A DNA stretch of 64,000 nt from an uncultured delta proteobacterium. GTDB taxonomy: Bacteria; Myxococcota_A; Polyangia; Polyangiales; B10-G4. The translations under genes were made by a program, and so were the position numbers. The DNA is taken from positions 1 to 64,000 of the forward strand of contig CAVSGI010000016.1 in assembly GCA_963727445.1 (NCBI GenBank). The letters are read 5' to 3'. Below are positions 1 to 11,577 of the stretch, one piece after another; the stretch's first letter is position 1, and each line of letters starts with the position of its first letter. The notes under the pieces are model-generated. The model was not told the origin of the DNA and made no database searches. It worked only from the letters and a program-made list of their open reading frames with translations.

Positions 1-138
1 GAGGCGTCCATCGCAAATGCGCGGCCCAACCGAGGCAACCAAAATTCGCCCGATCGCACTCGACCGTGGACCGAGAGAGAAGAGCGAGCGTTCGAGCAGT
101 TGGCCGGCGTGATGTCTCGGCGGCTCGGATACGAGTGA
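1..138 (+). CDS. 3' end of a gene entering the window; C-terminus resembles sulfotransferase-family proteins
   Basis: Frame 1 is open from base 1 to TGA at 136-138 and reads ...RPWTEREERAFEQLAGVMSRRLGYE*. The W-x-FE-xxAG-xM-xxLGY ending is typical of sulfotransferase C-termini. Only 45 codons are visible. Confidence 0.4.
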   Translation, partial: EASIANARPNRGNQNSPDRTRPWTEREERAFEQLAGVMSRRLGYE

Positions 139-261
139 TCGGCGGAAACGGCTGTTGACGAGCGTGGCGTCTGAGGTCCGAGAGCCCTGTGTGCCAACGT
201 GAGCTTCCATCAGGCGTCGCAGGCTCAATCTCCCGTCGATGGCTCCGTGTGCCGGCGTACC

Positions 262-1154
262 TCACTTCTCCTGCCCAGACTCACGGAGGATCTCCTCGTC
301 CATTCGCGGGTGAAATGGATCTCCGAATCGCGACTTGTCTCGCGTCAGGTCGGATGGAATGTCGAAATCGATGGTGGGTGCCAGTCGGCGAAGGAAAGAG
401 AGGAATCGTTCGCTTTCGCGGTCGAGACCGTACTCTGCGATCTTGCCCTGTAGCTCGACGTGTGAGGGGGGGACAACGAACGTAAACGAGATCGAGTGCC
501 GCTGGCAGTAGCGGACAATCTGCTCGATGTCGCCTTCGAGGTTCTCGGCATACGAGAACTGTCCAAAAACTCGTACTGCTCCCGAGTCCAACTGATGCCG
601 CCAGAACTCGTCGCGCGCCATGGGAGGCCGCTCGACGTTCATCGACGGCGTCACGAAGTGCGCCCACAACAGCATCGCCGCGGCGCTAGCAACGGTTCGG
701 TTCGTGAAGTACAGGGCGGGCTCCTCTTCGATTCGGACCGCTTCCTCAACCGGTTCATGTTCTGGCGAGCATTGAAAGTGAAGAGAGAGAGCCCGAAAGT
801 CACCTCCTCCAGCTCCCTCTCTCTGCGGCGAACCAGAACGCAGCCACCATCTCCGGGACCGTTCCACCCCCGAAGCTGAAGTTGAAGTACCGCTCGCCTG
901 TGATCGCCTCGACATCATCGACTTCGATATGGTCCATTCGAGAGTCGCCGAAGATGACGCGTCGTGCGGGTGAACGGATGAACTGCTGGGTCTTCCACAA
1001 TGTGTAGTGGATACGGCCCGCAATTTGCGCTTCTCCTGATGGGAATGGCGTCGCTGAAGCCGACATACTCGAACGGATCGATGACCAATACCGCCGCAAA
1101 GTAGAGGAGGAAGGGGAGGGCGAAAAGAAGCCCGTTTCGCGAGAAGCGGTACAT
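262..1154 (-). CDS. Membrane-anchored SGNH-like acyltransferase (DltD/AlgJ/PatB-like partner of the MBOAT); frameshifted
   Basis: Rebuilt from ORFs 915..1574, 800..1099 and 262..1023. It has an N-terminal TM (MYRFSRNGLLFALPFLLYFAAVLVIDP), a block-I motif VIFGDSR and a C-terminal DxxH (FGDPFH). It lies directly after the MBOAT. Confidence 0.65.
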
Positions 1155-1156
1155 CG

Positions 1157-2636
1157 TCAGAACTGGTAGTAGACGAATGTCGTGGTGCGTTGAAACGAAC
1201 CGTAGAAGATGATTCCTACTGCGGTGGCGTAGTAGACCGCCCAGCGGCGCCAGGTGGGCCAGGTCTTCATTCGCTCGGCGATGCTCTGTCGTTCTTCGAG
1301 CAGGTCCACCGTGGTGAGCAGGACGATTCCCAGCACTGCGAGGATGAGCTCGCCCGAAGTCAGCCCGAGGCCGACGAAGAGGGTCTTCACGGTACTCAGC
1401 GCCGGTTGCTGGGCCACGAAGGCGGCATCCGCCGTGACCGTCGCGACTTGCGCATAGATGTCGCCGGCCAGGGCCAGCGATGGAGCTCGAAATATGACGT
1501 CGACCCAGCAGAGGAACGCGAAGGTGATGCACCAAGTCGAGGCGGCGGTGAGGCGAGGGTATGACTTCTCCCACCGCGCCCGTCGCTGCTTGGTGAGGAG
1601 CTCGAGGCCGAGCATGACGCCGTGGGCGACTCCGAACGCTACGAAAGTCCAGGCGGCACCGTGCCAGAGGCCCGCGATCGGAAGGTGAGAAAAAGGGCGA
1701 TCACTGCGCCTGGGGTTCTCCACGAGCGTAGTGCAGCAGCGATGGGCATGTGCACGTAGTCGCGGAGCCAGAATGAGAACGACAGGTGCCAACGCCGCCA
1801 ATACTCTCCGACCGAGCGAGCGAGATAGGGGCGCGCGAAGTTCGGCTGAAGATTGACGCCCAGCACTACTGGCCGAGCCGATGGCGATGTCGGTGTAGCC
1901 CGAGAAGTCTGCGTACACCTGAAACGCGTAGAAGACGACGACGAGCAGAGTGGCCGCGCCGGAAAAGCTCGCTGGCTCAGCAAAGACGTGGTCGACGGCG
2001 ATGCCCAAGCGATCGGCGATGACTACCTTTTGAAAGAAACCCCAAGCGATGAGCTTGATGCCCGAGGTGACACGTTCGTAGTCGAACCCAGGCGGTTCTT
2101 CGAACTGGCCGAGAAGCCCGCTCCGGCCGATGGGCCCGGCAGTGATGTGGGGAAAGAACGCGACGAAGGCAGCGTAGCGCCCGAGATGCCGGGCAGCTGG
2201 CGCCATTTCGCGGTGCACGTCGATGACATATCCGACGACTTGGAACGTGAAGAACGAGATTCCGACAGGTAAGATAAAGCCGAAGTGATGAGAGGAGATC
2301 TCTGCGCCGAGCAACCTGAAGAGGTCCTCGACCGATTCGATGACGAAGTCGGTGTACTTGAGAACGACGAGGGGGACCAGGAGCAGCGCTATCGCGAAGG
2401 TGCGAAGCCACCGAGCGCGGGGACTCTTCGGCCCGCCAGGCCTCGATTCCCCGGGCGGCGAAGAAGCTGAGTGCCGTGAGCAGCACGAGGAGCAGCGAGT
2501 GCGCGGGAGCTAGGTGCCAGTAGAAACCGTAGCTGGCCGCCAGAAACAGCAACCACCGCCACCGTGCGTCGATGAGGAAGGAGAGGCAGCTAACGATGGC
2601 GAGGTAGACGACGAACGTCGGGGATGCGAGCGGCAT
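1157..2636 (-). CDS. MBOAT family O-acyltransferase (AlgI/DltB/PatA type); frameshifted
   Basis: Motifs LPVGISFFTFQ, FFPHITAGPI, QVYADFSGYTDIAIG, NFARPYLARSVGEYWRRWHLS and the catalytic GLWHGA are present, with a C-terminal FVYYQF motif. Confidence 0.9.
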
Positions 2637-2642
2637 GACGCC

Positions 2643-2892
2643 TCAGGTGCTGAGGCGTTGCTCGATAGCTCGACACATGTCCCCGACGTTCTTGAACTTC
2701 AATATCTCCGGAAGCTTGAACCTGATGGCGAATTCCTCTTCGACAGCGTGAATGAGGTTCATGTGCGTCAAGGAGTCCCAGCCTTCGACCTGGTCTGCTG
2801 TGGTCTCGCCGTTGAGCTCTAGGTCTGGTTGGTTCAGCTCGTTCTGGAACACGCCTGTTACGCGTCCGAGGATGTCTTCGATCTCGATTCAT
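2643..2892 (-). CDS. Acyl/aminoacyl carrier protein (DltC-like)
   Basis: ~80 aa acidic protein with the phosphopantetheine site GWDSLTHMNLI and a KNVGD C-terminus. The ATG at 2892 needs one indel to join the main frame. Confidence 0.85.
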
Positions 2893-2898
2893 GGCATC

Positions 2899-3552
2899 TC
2901 AGAGGGTCATTTCCATCAAGACTCTCGACCGACAAGGGAGAAGCTCGTCGATTCGGGGGTCATCGGACGTCCTAGTCGCAGCAATGGCAAAGCCGAGCTT
3001 CTCATAGGTCTCGAGGGCAGGGGCGTTGTCGCCGGCCAGGATGACTTGGGCCCGTCCCGCGTCGGCGATCGACCGCAGCCTCTCGATCTGTGCCTCGATG
3101 AGCGCAACGGCGAGTCCCTGCCGTCGATGCGTCTCACGGACGTAGACCGACTCCAGCTGGATCTGCACCCTTCGTACGCGGCAGGGTGAGCGGGCTGAGC
3201 AGGGACAGTCGGCCCTTCGCAGCATTCGTGCGCTCACGTCCCAAGACGGAGAAGAGGACGGTCGACTTCGCGAGTGGGCTCGAGATTCCGTCGCTCTCCT
3301 CCACCCAGGCGGTGACGGCCGCCACCGGGCGGCCGTGGGCCTCTGCAACGAGGGCATCGGAGATGCAGAGCTCCTGGCCGGTGACGTCAGCCAGAACACC
3401 TCGCGAAGCACCGAATTGACCTCATCGGCCGATAGGTCGAAAAGGGCGGCGTAACTGGAACAAGGGGTCCCACTCTTGTCGGCGGCGACAATGGCTTCGA
3501 CCAGAAAGTCGACGTCTGCGGCGGAGGCTTGCCGAAGTCGAACCTCAGGCAC
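2899..3552 (-). CDS. GNAT family N-acetyltransferase; frameshifted
   Basis: GTG start at 3552 (MPEVRLRQASAADVDFL). Acetyl-CoA motif A is ESVYVRETHRRQGLAVALI and motif B is NAPALETYEKLGF. Confidence 0.8.
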   Translation of the reverse strand: MPEVRLRQASAADVDFLVEAIVAADKSGTPCSSYAALFDLSADEVNSVLREVFWLTSPARSSASPMPSLQRPTAARWRPSPPGWRRATESRAHSRSRPSSSPSWDVSARMLRRADCPCSARSPCRVRRVQIQLESVYVRETHRRQGLAVALIEAQIERLRSIADAGRAQVILAGDNAPALETYEKLGFAIAATRTSDDPRIDELLPCRSRVLMEMTL

Positions 3553-5060
3553 CGGGCACCCTCGTTGTCGCGGCCATCCCGCGCAGCCGGCGTCGGTCGA
3601 ATCTTTCCGTTGGCGTTGAGCGGCAGCTCCGCCACCACGGACACCGAGCTCGGCACCATGTAGGTAGGCAGCCGCTTCCGCAGCTTCGTCGTCACCGACG
3701 CTGGGTCGCCCCGAAACGCTTCGAGGAACAGGTGCAGATAGGCGACCCCATCGTCCGACTTCACGTCCACCACGACGGCGCCCTGGGGCTCCACCAATCT
3801 CGCGGGCGTGGTGCTCGACCTCTGCGAGCTCCACCCGGTAGCCCTGCACCTTCACTTGCTCGTCGCGCCGTCCCAGGAACGTGAACGTCCCATCGGGCTC
3901 GCGCCGCGCGACGTCCCCCGTCCGATAGCACCGCAGATCACCGGACCTGAAGAAGGCCGCTTCGTTTCGCTCCGGATCACGAAAAGTCACCGGGGTGACC
4001 TGAGCCCCTGTCAGACACAGCTCCCCGCTGACCTTGATCACCGGTTGGTTGTATCGTCCTCGTCGACGACCAGGGCCTGCATCCCCTCCATGGCTTCGCC
4101 GATACTCACGATGCCGTTGTGATGCAACGGGTGCACATTCGTCGCGGGGTCCCAACGGTAGTACATGGCGAACACTGTTGCTTCCGTGGGGCCGTAGTAG
4201 TTCGTGAGCCTCGGAATTCGGGACCACCTTCGCCCACTCCTCCAGCATGTCTGCGTGAAGAGCTTCGCCGCAGAAAAACGTGTGCTGCACCGCTGGGAAG
4301 TGCATCTCGGGAAGTAGGGTCGCAAGTGCGACAGCACGGAGGGGACGAGCGGGAGCTGGGTGAGCTGCTCCTCCTCCAACAGACTTGCGATCGACATGAA
4401 CTTGATGACGTTCGGCGGGATCGTGTAGACGCAGGCGCCGCGAACCAGCGGGGCCATGAATGCGACGACGGAGAAGTCGAAGGTCAGATCGAACATCTGC
4501 AGCGCGCGATCTTCCTGCGTCATGCCACCCGACGACGCGAAGAACGCTCGAAGAAAAGCATCTACGTTGCCGAACGTGATTGGGACACCTTTGGGCTCCC
4601 CGCTGCTGCCCGAGGTGAAGAGTAGGTACGCGCTCGAGTCCATGGAAACGTCAGTCGGAGTGACGGCCCGGTCTGACTTGCAGCTCGACACGGGGATCAC
4701 CGTCGCGCTGTCCGAGCCGATGGCCTCGGCGCAGCTCGTCGCATCTCCGACCGCGCTGCACACCGTGCGAAGCTCGGCCTGTTTCAAGATGTTTCGGTTC
4801 CTCGACGGGGGATGGGCTGGGTTCAGTGGGACGTACGCGCGTCCGGTGAGCATCGTGGCAAACACAGCACCGTAAGTGGCGAGATGGTCGTACGCCATCA
4901 CCCCGACGCGAGTTTCCTCCACGGGCAGATCAGCGAGTTGTTCCCAAATGCCGGCGACCTGGGATCCCAGCTGATGGTACGTGTGGGCTCGTCCCCCGAT
5001 GACCATCGCCGGTCGATCGGCGTATCGACGACAAACATCGAGAAATTTCTTCAGGAACAA
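3545..5060 (-). CDS. Stand-alone amino-acid adenylation enzyme (DltA-like carrier-protein ligase); frameshifted
   Basis: A-domain cores are spread over three frames: A3 YLLFTSGSSGEPKGV, A4 TFDFSV, A5 NYYGPTE, A7 YRTGD, A8 GRRDEQVKVQGYRVELAEVE and A10 PLNANGK. No fused C or T domain. Confidence 0.88.
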
Positions 5061-5084
5061 AGTTCTGCTCCGTTACGGCCCGGC

Positions 5085-5113
5085 ATCATAGCCGCATAGG
5101 ATGAGGTGCACAA
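5085..5113 (-). promoter_or_regulatory. Candidate sigma70-type promoter for the adenylation/MBOAT cassette
   Basis: The minus strand reads TTGTGC-N17-TATGAT in the 105-bp gap. GGAG (5068-5071) precedes the TTG start at 5060. Confidence 0.5.
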
Positions 5114-5164
5114 CGCACCCAGACGGTTCACGGCGGGCCGCGATTTCTCCACAATTCCCCATGA

Positions 5165-7309
5165 CTAGTCCATTCCGCTGAGGTGGAATGCAGTCCCTTC
5201 GCGGAGGCTCCTGGCCGCCATGAGGGAAGCCCAGGTGCTTCCGAAGGTCTCCAACCAAGGTATCGGCGGCGGGCCGCCCGAGCGCACCGCGCGAATGAAC
5301 ATTTCAGCCTCGGCCGCGTGCCCCTTGTCACGACTCCCCTTGAGCCTTCGGTGTCCGCGACCGTCCCAAATGTGTACGTCGCCCCAGTCGTCGCAGATGG
5401 CGGTGGTCCCACCACCCATGATCTCGAGGCGTTCCCTTCGGCCCGGATCGGGCGCCGCCGGCCTGGTAGGAGACCGAGGAGAGTGCGCCGTTTGCGTGCC
5501 GCATGGTGATGACCACGCGGTCCTCGGTGGGCGCGTCCGAGGTCGGAGCCCCGGCCGATTCGGCGTAGACCTTGATGGGGGGACTCCCAGCGATTGCAAC
5601 GCACGTGTCGATGGCATGACATGCTTCGCCGACGATTCGGCCGCCGCCAACCTCGGGGTCGTGAACCCAGAAGCTCGCCGGAAGCTCGGCCGTCACCATG
5701 CGCATGTGAATGGTCGGCGCGGAGATACCGGAGAAGAGAGACTTGATGTCGTTCGTTGCACGGGTGAAACGGCGATTGAAGCCGACCATCACGACCGGGG
5801 CCTCGTCTCCCAAGTCACGTTGTTGCTCATCGAGGCGCATGAGGTCCTCTTCGGAGATGACCAGGGGCTTCTCCACGAAGACGTGCTTCCCGCGCGCGAT
5901 GGCCTCTCGGACTGCGTCCGCGTGGAGGTGGTGTCGCGTCAGGACAAAGATGGCGTCGACGGAGTCGTCATCGAGGACTTCGAGCGGGTCGGTGCAGGAG
6001 TAAGCGAAACCCGACTGCCCGCCGGTCACCGGCTGCCGACATCCCGCGAGCGGAGCATATGCCGCGTAGATCGACCGTGGGTAGCTTGCGGATGGCCGGG
6101 AGCATCACGAGTCTCGCGAAGTTGCCCACACCGAGAACGCCGATGCCGACTTTGTCCCGTGGCTTTCGGCGGTGGCTCAGGTCGACCCGGCGTACGGGGG
6201 ACGTCGGCGGCGTGTACTCGAGGACGACCCCGCAGAATGCCTCTTCGGCCGATGCGATCAGCTCGTAGGCCCGTGCAGCATCGTCAAGATCGAATCGGTG
6301 GGTGGTGAGCCTGTCGACGGGAAGGGCGCCGCTCGCCATCAGCTCCAGCGCGGAGCGCATGTTGCGCTGCGCGGTCCACCGAGCGTGGCCGATCGGGTAG
6401 TCGATGCCACGCTCGGCGTACATCGGGTCGTCGCGCCCCGGGCCCAACGAGGAAGATACCGTGAACTCGAGCTCCTTCGCGTAGAAGGGAGGGCGGGGGA
6501 TATCGAGCCCGGCCACGCCGACGAGCACGATGCGCCCGCGGGGCCGGCAAACCTCAGCCGCGAGCTCGACGGGCTTGTTGCTATCCGTCGCCGCGGCGAT
6601 TACTACCGCGTCGACGCCGTAGTCTCCGGCGAAGCGCTGAATGGCTGCCGTGTCCGACGCGGTCGCGACCTCGTCGGCGCCCATCGTGCGCGCGAGCTCG
6701 AGGGTTTTCGGGTCAAGGTCGGTGCCCATAACCCGGCAGCCGTTGGCCTTGAGGAGAGAGACGATGATTTGGCCGACGAGACCGAGCCCGATGACCAGTA
6801 CACGCTCGCCCAGGTTGACGTGGGCCTGGCGCACCCCCTGCATGGCGATCGCGGCAACTGACGTGTAGGCGGCGCAGTCGAAGGGCACCTCGTCCGGCAC
6901 GTGCGCACAGAGCCGGTGCCCGACGGAGGTGATCCCCGCGTGGGGCGCGGCTGCCGCGACACGGTCTCCGGGTTTGAAGCTCTCGACTCCTTGGCCCACG
7001 GCGAGAACGATGCCCGCGGACGAATAGCCCAAGGGCATGGGCTCATCGAGCTTTGCCCGAACCTGGGTCAGCGTCGGAAGTACGCCCTCTTGTTTGAACT
7101 TCTGGAGGACGCGACGGACCTGATCGGGACGTTGTCGCGCCTTGCCTATGAGACTCTTCCGAGCGAGCTCCACGACATAGCGCTCCGTGCCCGCAGAGAT
7201 CAGTGACGCGGCCGTAGCGATCACGTACGCTTCGGGGTGTCGCCATCGGCGCCGGAATGTCGGCATCTTCCGTCCTGCCATTTCGTATGTCCTGAACGAC
7301 TTGCTTCAT
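5165..7309 (-). CDS. Bi-domain oxidoreductase (MDR/Zn-ADH-like domain plus Gfo/Idh/MocA domain); frameshifted
   Basis: MKQVVQD start, SLISAGTE, PLGYSSAG, GLGLVG, SSSLGPGRDDPMYAERGIDYPIG, then GVGNFA, HVFVEKP, VGFNRRF and GGGRIVGEACH. This architecture is known from O-antigen clusters. Confidence 0.85.
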
Positions 7310-8418
7310 CGCGCCTCAGCTGCTCCTCGTTCGTCTTCGAGTGTGGTGAGAATACGACGCCAGAGATTTCGAATGTCGTGGTTCTGGATCACATGTTCGC
7401 GGCCGGCACGTCCCATGCGGTGGCGAGCCTTGGGGTCTCGGCTCATCTGTATCAGAGCCTCGGCAAGCTCGTCCGGAGCGCGCGGCGCGACCAATAGCCC
7501 GAAGCGCCCGTCCGATCCGATGACGTCTGGAATCCCACCCACGTCGGTGGCGACCACGGGGAGACCCGCGGCCATCGCCTCCAGGAGCACGTTGGGCATC
7601 CCCTCGCGGTGGGAAGGGAGGACCAATGCGTCTGCCTCTTCCAGCGCCCGGATCTTGTTCGGGCCAGAGACCCAACCACGGAACTCGACGAGGTCGTCCA
7701 TCCCCAAGTCCTTCGCTCTGGCACGCGCACCGGCTTCGTCCCGTCCCTGGCCGCAAACGACGAATCGCGCGCCGACCAGGGCCGCGCGTTGCGAAGCCAC
7801 CGCCTCGAGGAGATTGAAGATTCCTTTGTAGCTCTCGAGCCATCCGAGATAGAGGAAGGTGGCTGGCCCGTCTCGTTGTGGCCGCGCCGACGCGACCTCT
7901 TCATACGACGTGAAGTCCATCCAATTCGGGACGACGACGAGGCTCTCAGGAGCCACGCCGGCGAGCTCACGAAAGCGTCGCTGCCAACTCTCGCCTTGGC
8001 AGACGACGATGTCGACGTGTTTCAGGACGAAAGGGACATACCAACGCATGAATGTCGACCCTTCCACATCGTCGAGGATGAGACCCGACCGCGGGCACAG
8101 AACGACGCGTTTTCCGAGGGTGCGGCTCACGAGCGCCATCAGCCCTTTCTCCACGAAGCTCATCCGAGCGCTCGTGAAGATCAGCGCACCGTCACTGCCT
8201 GGCAGGGCCGCTCCGAACCTCATGAAGCGCTGTGCAGCGAGGACTGCCCGCTTCGGCCCAGAGGGGGGCGGAACCGAAATCATGGTCGTGTCAACTTTGG
8301 ACCACTGCACGTGCTTCGAGATCGGGCTATCGACCAGGGTCCGGCAGGCGACAACCTGCCCACCGGAGCTACCGTCGTCGTTGGTTGCCTTGAAGGCACC
8401 CACGAAGACGTATTTCAT
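7306..8418 (-). CDS. Glycosyltransferase family 4
   Basis: FLYLGWLESYKG and LPSHREGMPNVLLEAMAAGLPVVATDVGG (EX7E motif). ATG at 8418; the upstream part of the long ORF overlaps the amidotransferase gene. Confidence 0.9.
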   Translation of the reverse strand: MKYVFVGAFKATNDDGSSGGQVVACRTLVDSPISKHVQWSKVDTTMISVPPPSGPKRAVLAAQRFMRFGAALPGSDGALIFTSARMSFVEKGLMALVSRTLGKRVVLCPRSGLILDDVEGSTFMRWYVPFVLKHVDIVVCQGESWQRRFRELAGVAPESLVVVPNWMDFTSYEEVASARPQRDGPATFLYLGWLESYKGIFNLLEAVASQRAALVGARFVVCGQGRDEAGARARAKDLGMDDLVEFRGWVSGPNKIRALEEADALVLPSHREGMPNVLLEAMAAGLPVVATDVGGIPDVIGSDGRFGLLVAPRAPDELAEALIQMSRDPKARHRMGRAGREHVIQNHDIRNLWRRILTTLEDERGAAEAR

Positions 8419-8471
8419 CGGCGCGTGGCTGGTGGCCGCCGTCACGCGGGCCTCGACCGTTTCAGACCGTG

Positions 8472-10400
8472 TCACAGTGTGACCTCGAATCGCCGTGCCC
8501 ACGCCGCCAGCATCACCAGAGCCCACAGCTGGTGAGTGGCCTTGTAGACACTGATGTTCGCGCTGTCTTGCTGCGTGTTGAGTCCGACGTCCAGTACCTC
8601 TTCGAGGGCGTTCGGCTCGAGGAGGTCTCCAGTGGCTCGTTCCGACAGCAAAAGCTGACGAGCAAAATCTCCATACGCTGCATTCTGATATCGATGCAGG
8701 GGAATACTGAATCCGCTCTTCGGCTGCGAAAGCACCGATGGGGGCAGCAAGCGGCGAGATATTCGCCGGAGGACGTGTTTGCCGAGCCCTGCCCGCAACA
8801 GTTGGTTGTCTGGAAGGCGGCTCGCAATGTCGGCGACGGCGACGTCGAGCATAGGGGCGCGCACTTCGAGTGAAGCGGCCATCGCCATCCGATCCACCTT
8901 GATGAGCATGTCGCACGGCAGATTGTGGGCCTGGCGGTAGTACATGAGCCTTCGAAGCGGCGACCAGCCGCTCGACTCCGGAGGGAGAGGTGGTGACGGC
9001 ATCGAGGCGGCCCGAGCGCGATGGCGCGGACGTCGGCGTCGGCCAGTAGCTCGGCCGCGATGGGCGGGGTCGAACAGTGGAGTGAACCTCGGCGGGCATC
9101 AAGCGCTGTCAGGGACGACTGCGGCATCCAGGGCCCGTCTCGCCTTCCGGAAGAACCCGACGCCGGCAAACTCGTCCGGGTCGCTCGCCCATTTCGACGC
9201 GCGAGACCGCGCCTCGGGGCTCGGCTGCGGCAGCTGCCGCAGTCGCCCTATCGATTGTCCCCATTGGAAAAACGGATAGCCTGCGAAGAGCTCGTCGCCA
9301 CCGTCGCCGGAGAGTGCGACCGTCACATGTCCTCGGACCCGTCGACTGAGCTCGTACATCGGGAGAGCAGAGGAATCGTCTGAAAAAGGGATCCCGGCAT
9401 GCTCGACGATTCGGTAGAAATGGTCCGGTTCGAAGGAGGTGTTGGGGACGCGTGATTTCGGTGTGGTCGGTCCCCAGGTGGGCGAGCAGTTCTCGCGCGA
9501 ATCGGGCTTTCGTCATAGCCCGCGTCGTCGAAACGTACCGTGAAGGTCTTGACCTGGCGATTGCTGGAGCGCTGTAGGAGTGCAACGATGGTGCTCGAGT
9601 CCATACCGCCCGAGAGGAACGCGCCGAGCGAGCACGTCGCTGATTGATTGGCGCTTCACGGCGAGCATCAGCGCTGCCCGACGGCCTCTTCTGCAGCCAC
9701 GTCGTCTTCGAGGCGCGGGTCGGGAACTGTAGTCGGTCGTGTCGTAGCGCGAACTCTCGTGTATCCGCCCGTCAGAGTCGTCAGGAGAGTCCCAGGCGGC
9801 AAGCTCAGGACTCCACGGAAGGGGGTCATCGGTTCGGGGATGAGGCCGAACCGGAGGTAGTAGGCCAGAGCCTCGTGGTCGGCCTGTCGTGGAATCGCGG
9901 GTTCTCGAGGAGGCTTCGGAGCTCCGAGCTGAACGTGAGGGACCCTCGGGCCCCTGGAAGAAGAATAGCGGCTTTTCCCAAAGCGATCGCGAGCCAGAGG
10001 CAGGCGCTCCTCACTGACGGTCGTAACGGCGAGCGCAAACATGCCGGCCAGTCTCGGCGAAGAGAGCCCCCGCCCCATTCAGCAAAACCGTGGACGACGA
10101 CTTCGGAGTCCGCGTTGCTTCGAAAACGATGCCCTGCCAGCTCAGTCGGCGCGCAAGTCGCGGAAGTTGTAGATCTCGCCGTTGACATTGCCGAGTAGCG
10201 CCCGTCGTTGCTCACGATCGGGCTGCGAGCCGCCAGCGACGTCGATGATAGCGAGGCGGGACATGGCGATGTCCGCATCCTCGAAGTGGCCATGGCCGAT
10301 CGGCATCCGGGCCGCGGTGCGATGAGCGCCGCGTTCATGCGCTCGAGACGAGCGCCGGTCTTCCTGGCGTGCCCCCGGCTATTCCGCAGATGCCGCACAT
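8472..10400 (-). CDS. asnB: Asparagine synthase (glutamine-hydrolysing)-like amidotransferase; heavily frameshifted
   Basis: N-terminal MCGICGI (Ntn Cys), ARDRFGK, FLSGGMDSS, VALSGDGGDELFAGY and LIKVDRMAMAASLEVRAPMLD. In polysaccharide loci this family usually amidates uronic acids. Confidence 0.85.
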
Positions 10401-10433
10401 GGCTTCGTCCTCGCCGCCCGGAACCATCGACAC

Positions 10434-11577
10434 TCAGGACGGCCGTCGGGGCAGCTGACCGATCTGACGACGAGCCACGTGCGACCGCAACTCCTCTGCG
10501 ATGCGCTCGCCTGCGTGACCATCCCAACCCGGAATCGGGGCTGGGTCGGGATGCGTCGGCTCTTCGGAAAGGAGCGCGGCTGATCCGTGCCGACCGAGAT
10601 CGGGCAGACCATCCACGATCTGTTCGTTCCGAGGTCCACAGTGGCCGGCCGTTCGGTGGTCTCCCGCACCGTGAAGCACGGAACCCCCAGGTAGCTCGTC
10701 TCTTCCTGGATCCCCCCCGAGTCGGTGATGACCGCGGCGTGCCTGGCTCATCAGGCCCAGAAGCTCACCGGTAGCTGCAGGGGGGACGGACGCAGTTATC
10801 CGAGAGGTCGGTGAGGCGGTTCAGTAGCCCATGCGCTCCAGTGCCTTCTGGGTTCGGGGATGAGCGGGATGACACGAACGGGTGCGGGCTGCAGTCCACT
10901 CGAGGAACTTACGATTTGCAGCAATCGTGCGGGCTGGTCCACGTTGGAAGGGCGGTGAATCGTCACGAAGACGAACCTCTGGGCAGTCGAGGCCGAGCTC
11001 TGCCCGGGAAACCAACTGTTCCGCGCGCTCCGAGCTCGCGCACGAGACTGTCGATCATGACGTTGCCGACGTAGCGGATGCGTTCGGGCATGCGAATCCA
11101 TTGTAAGAGATTGGCTTCGCCCGCTGGGTTCGCTGACCAGAAGCAGATCCAGATGGCGTCGGTCTGGAGGCGGTTGAGTTCTTCCGGCATGCGGCGATCG
11201 AACGAACGAAGCCCAGCCTCAACGTGCGCCACGGGAACCTGGAGCTTCGCGGCGGTCATGGCGGCAGCCAGGTGGAGTTCACATCACCGACGACGACCGG
11301 CCGCGCGGGAGCGTCGCCGGAGCGATGTCAGGTACTTCTCGGTCGCCAGGAGGATGGCGGCCGTCTGCTCCGCGTGGCTCCCGGATCCCACCTCGAAGAT
11401 GACGTCGGGCGGGCGTAGGCCGAGTTCGTCGAAGAAGACTCCGGACATGTTCTCGTCGTAGTGCTGGCCGGTGTGAATCAGGCATGGTCACCGCTCGAGC
11501 GCTCCAACGCTCGCATGATGGGCGCAATCTTCATGAAGTTCGGCCGCGCTCCCGCGACGAAGACGATCCCCGCTCAC
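10434..11577 (-). CDS. wecB: UDP-N-acetylglucosamine 2-epimerase (non-hydrolysing); heavily frameshifted
   Basis: FVAGARPNFMKIAP, HTGQHYD, VAHVEAGLRSFDRRMPEELNR, VGNVMIDSL, VTIHRPSNVD, RETTERP and WDGHAGERIA are present across frames. Confidence 0.85.

Noticed and set aside
3545..5060. NRPS secondary-metabolite cluster
   Set aside because: There is no condensation or thioesterase domain. The MBOAT/SGNH context indicates envelope acylation.
8472..10400. Lasso-peptide cyclase/RiPP cluster (AsnB-like plus NTP_transf_5)
   Set aside because: The protein keeps the N-terminal MCGI glutaminase Cys and sits among glycosyltransferases. No RRE, B2 peptidase or precursor was found.
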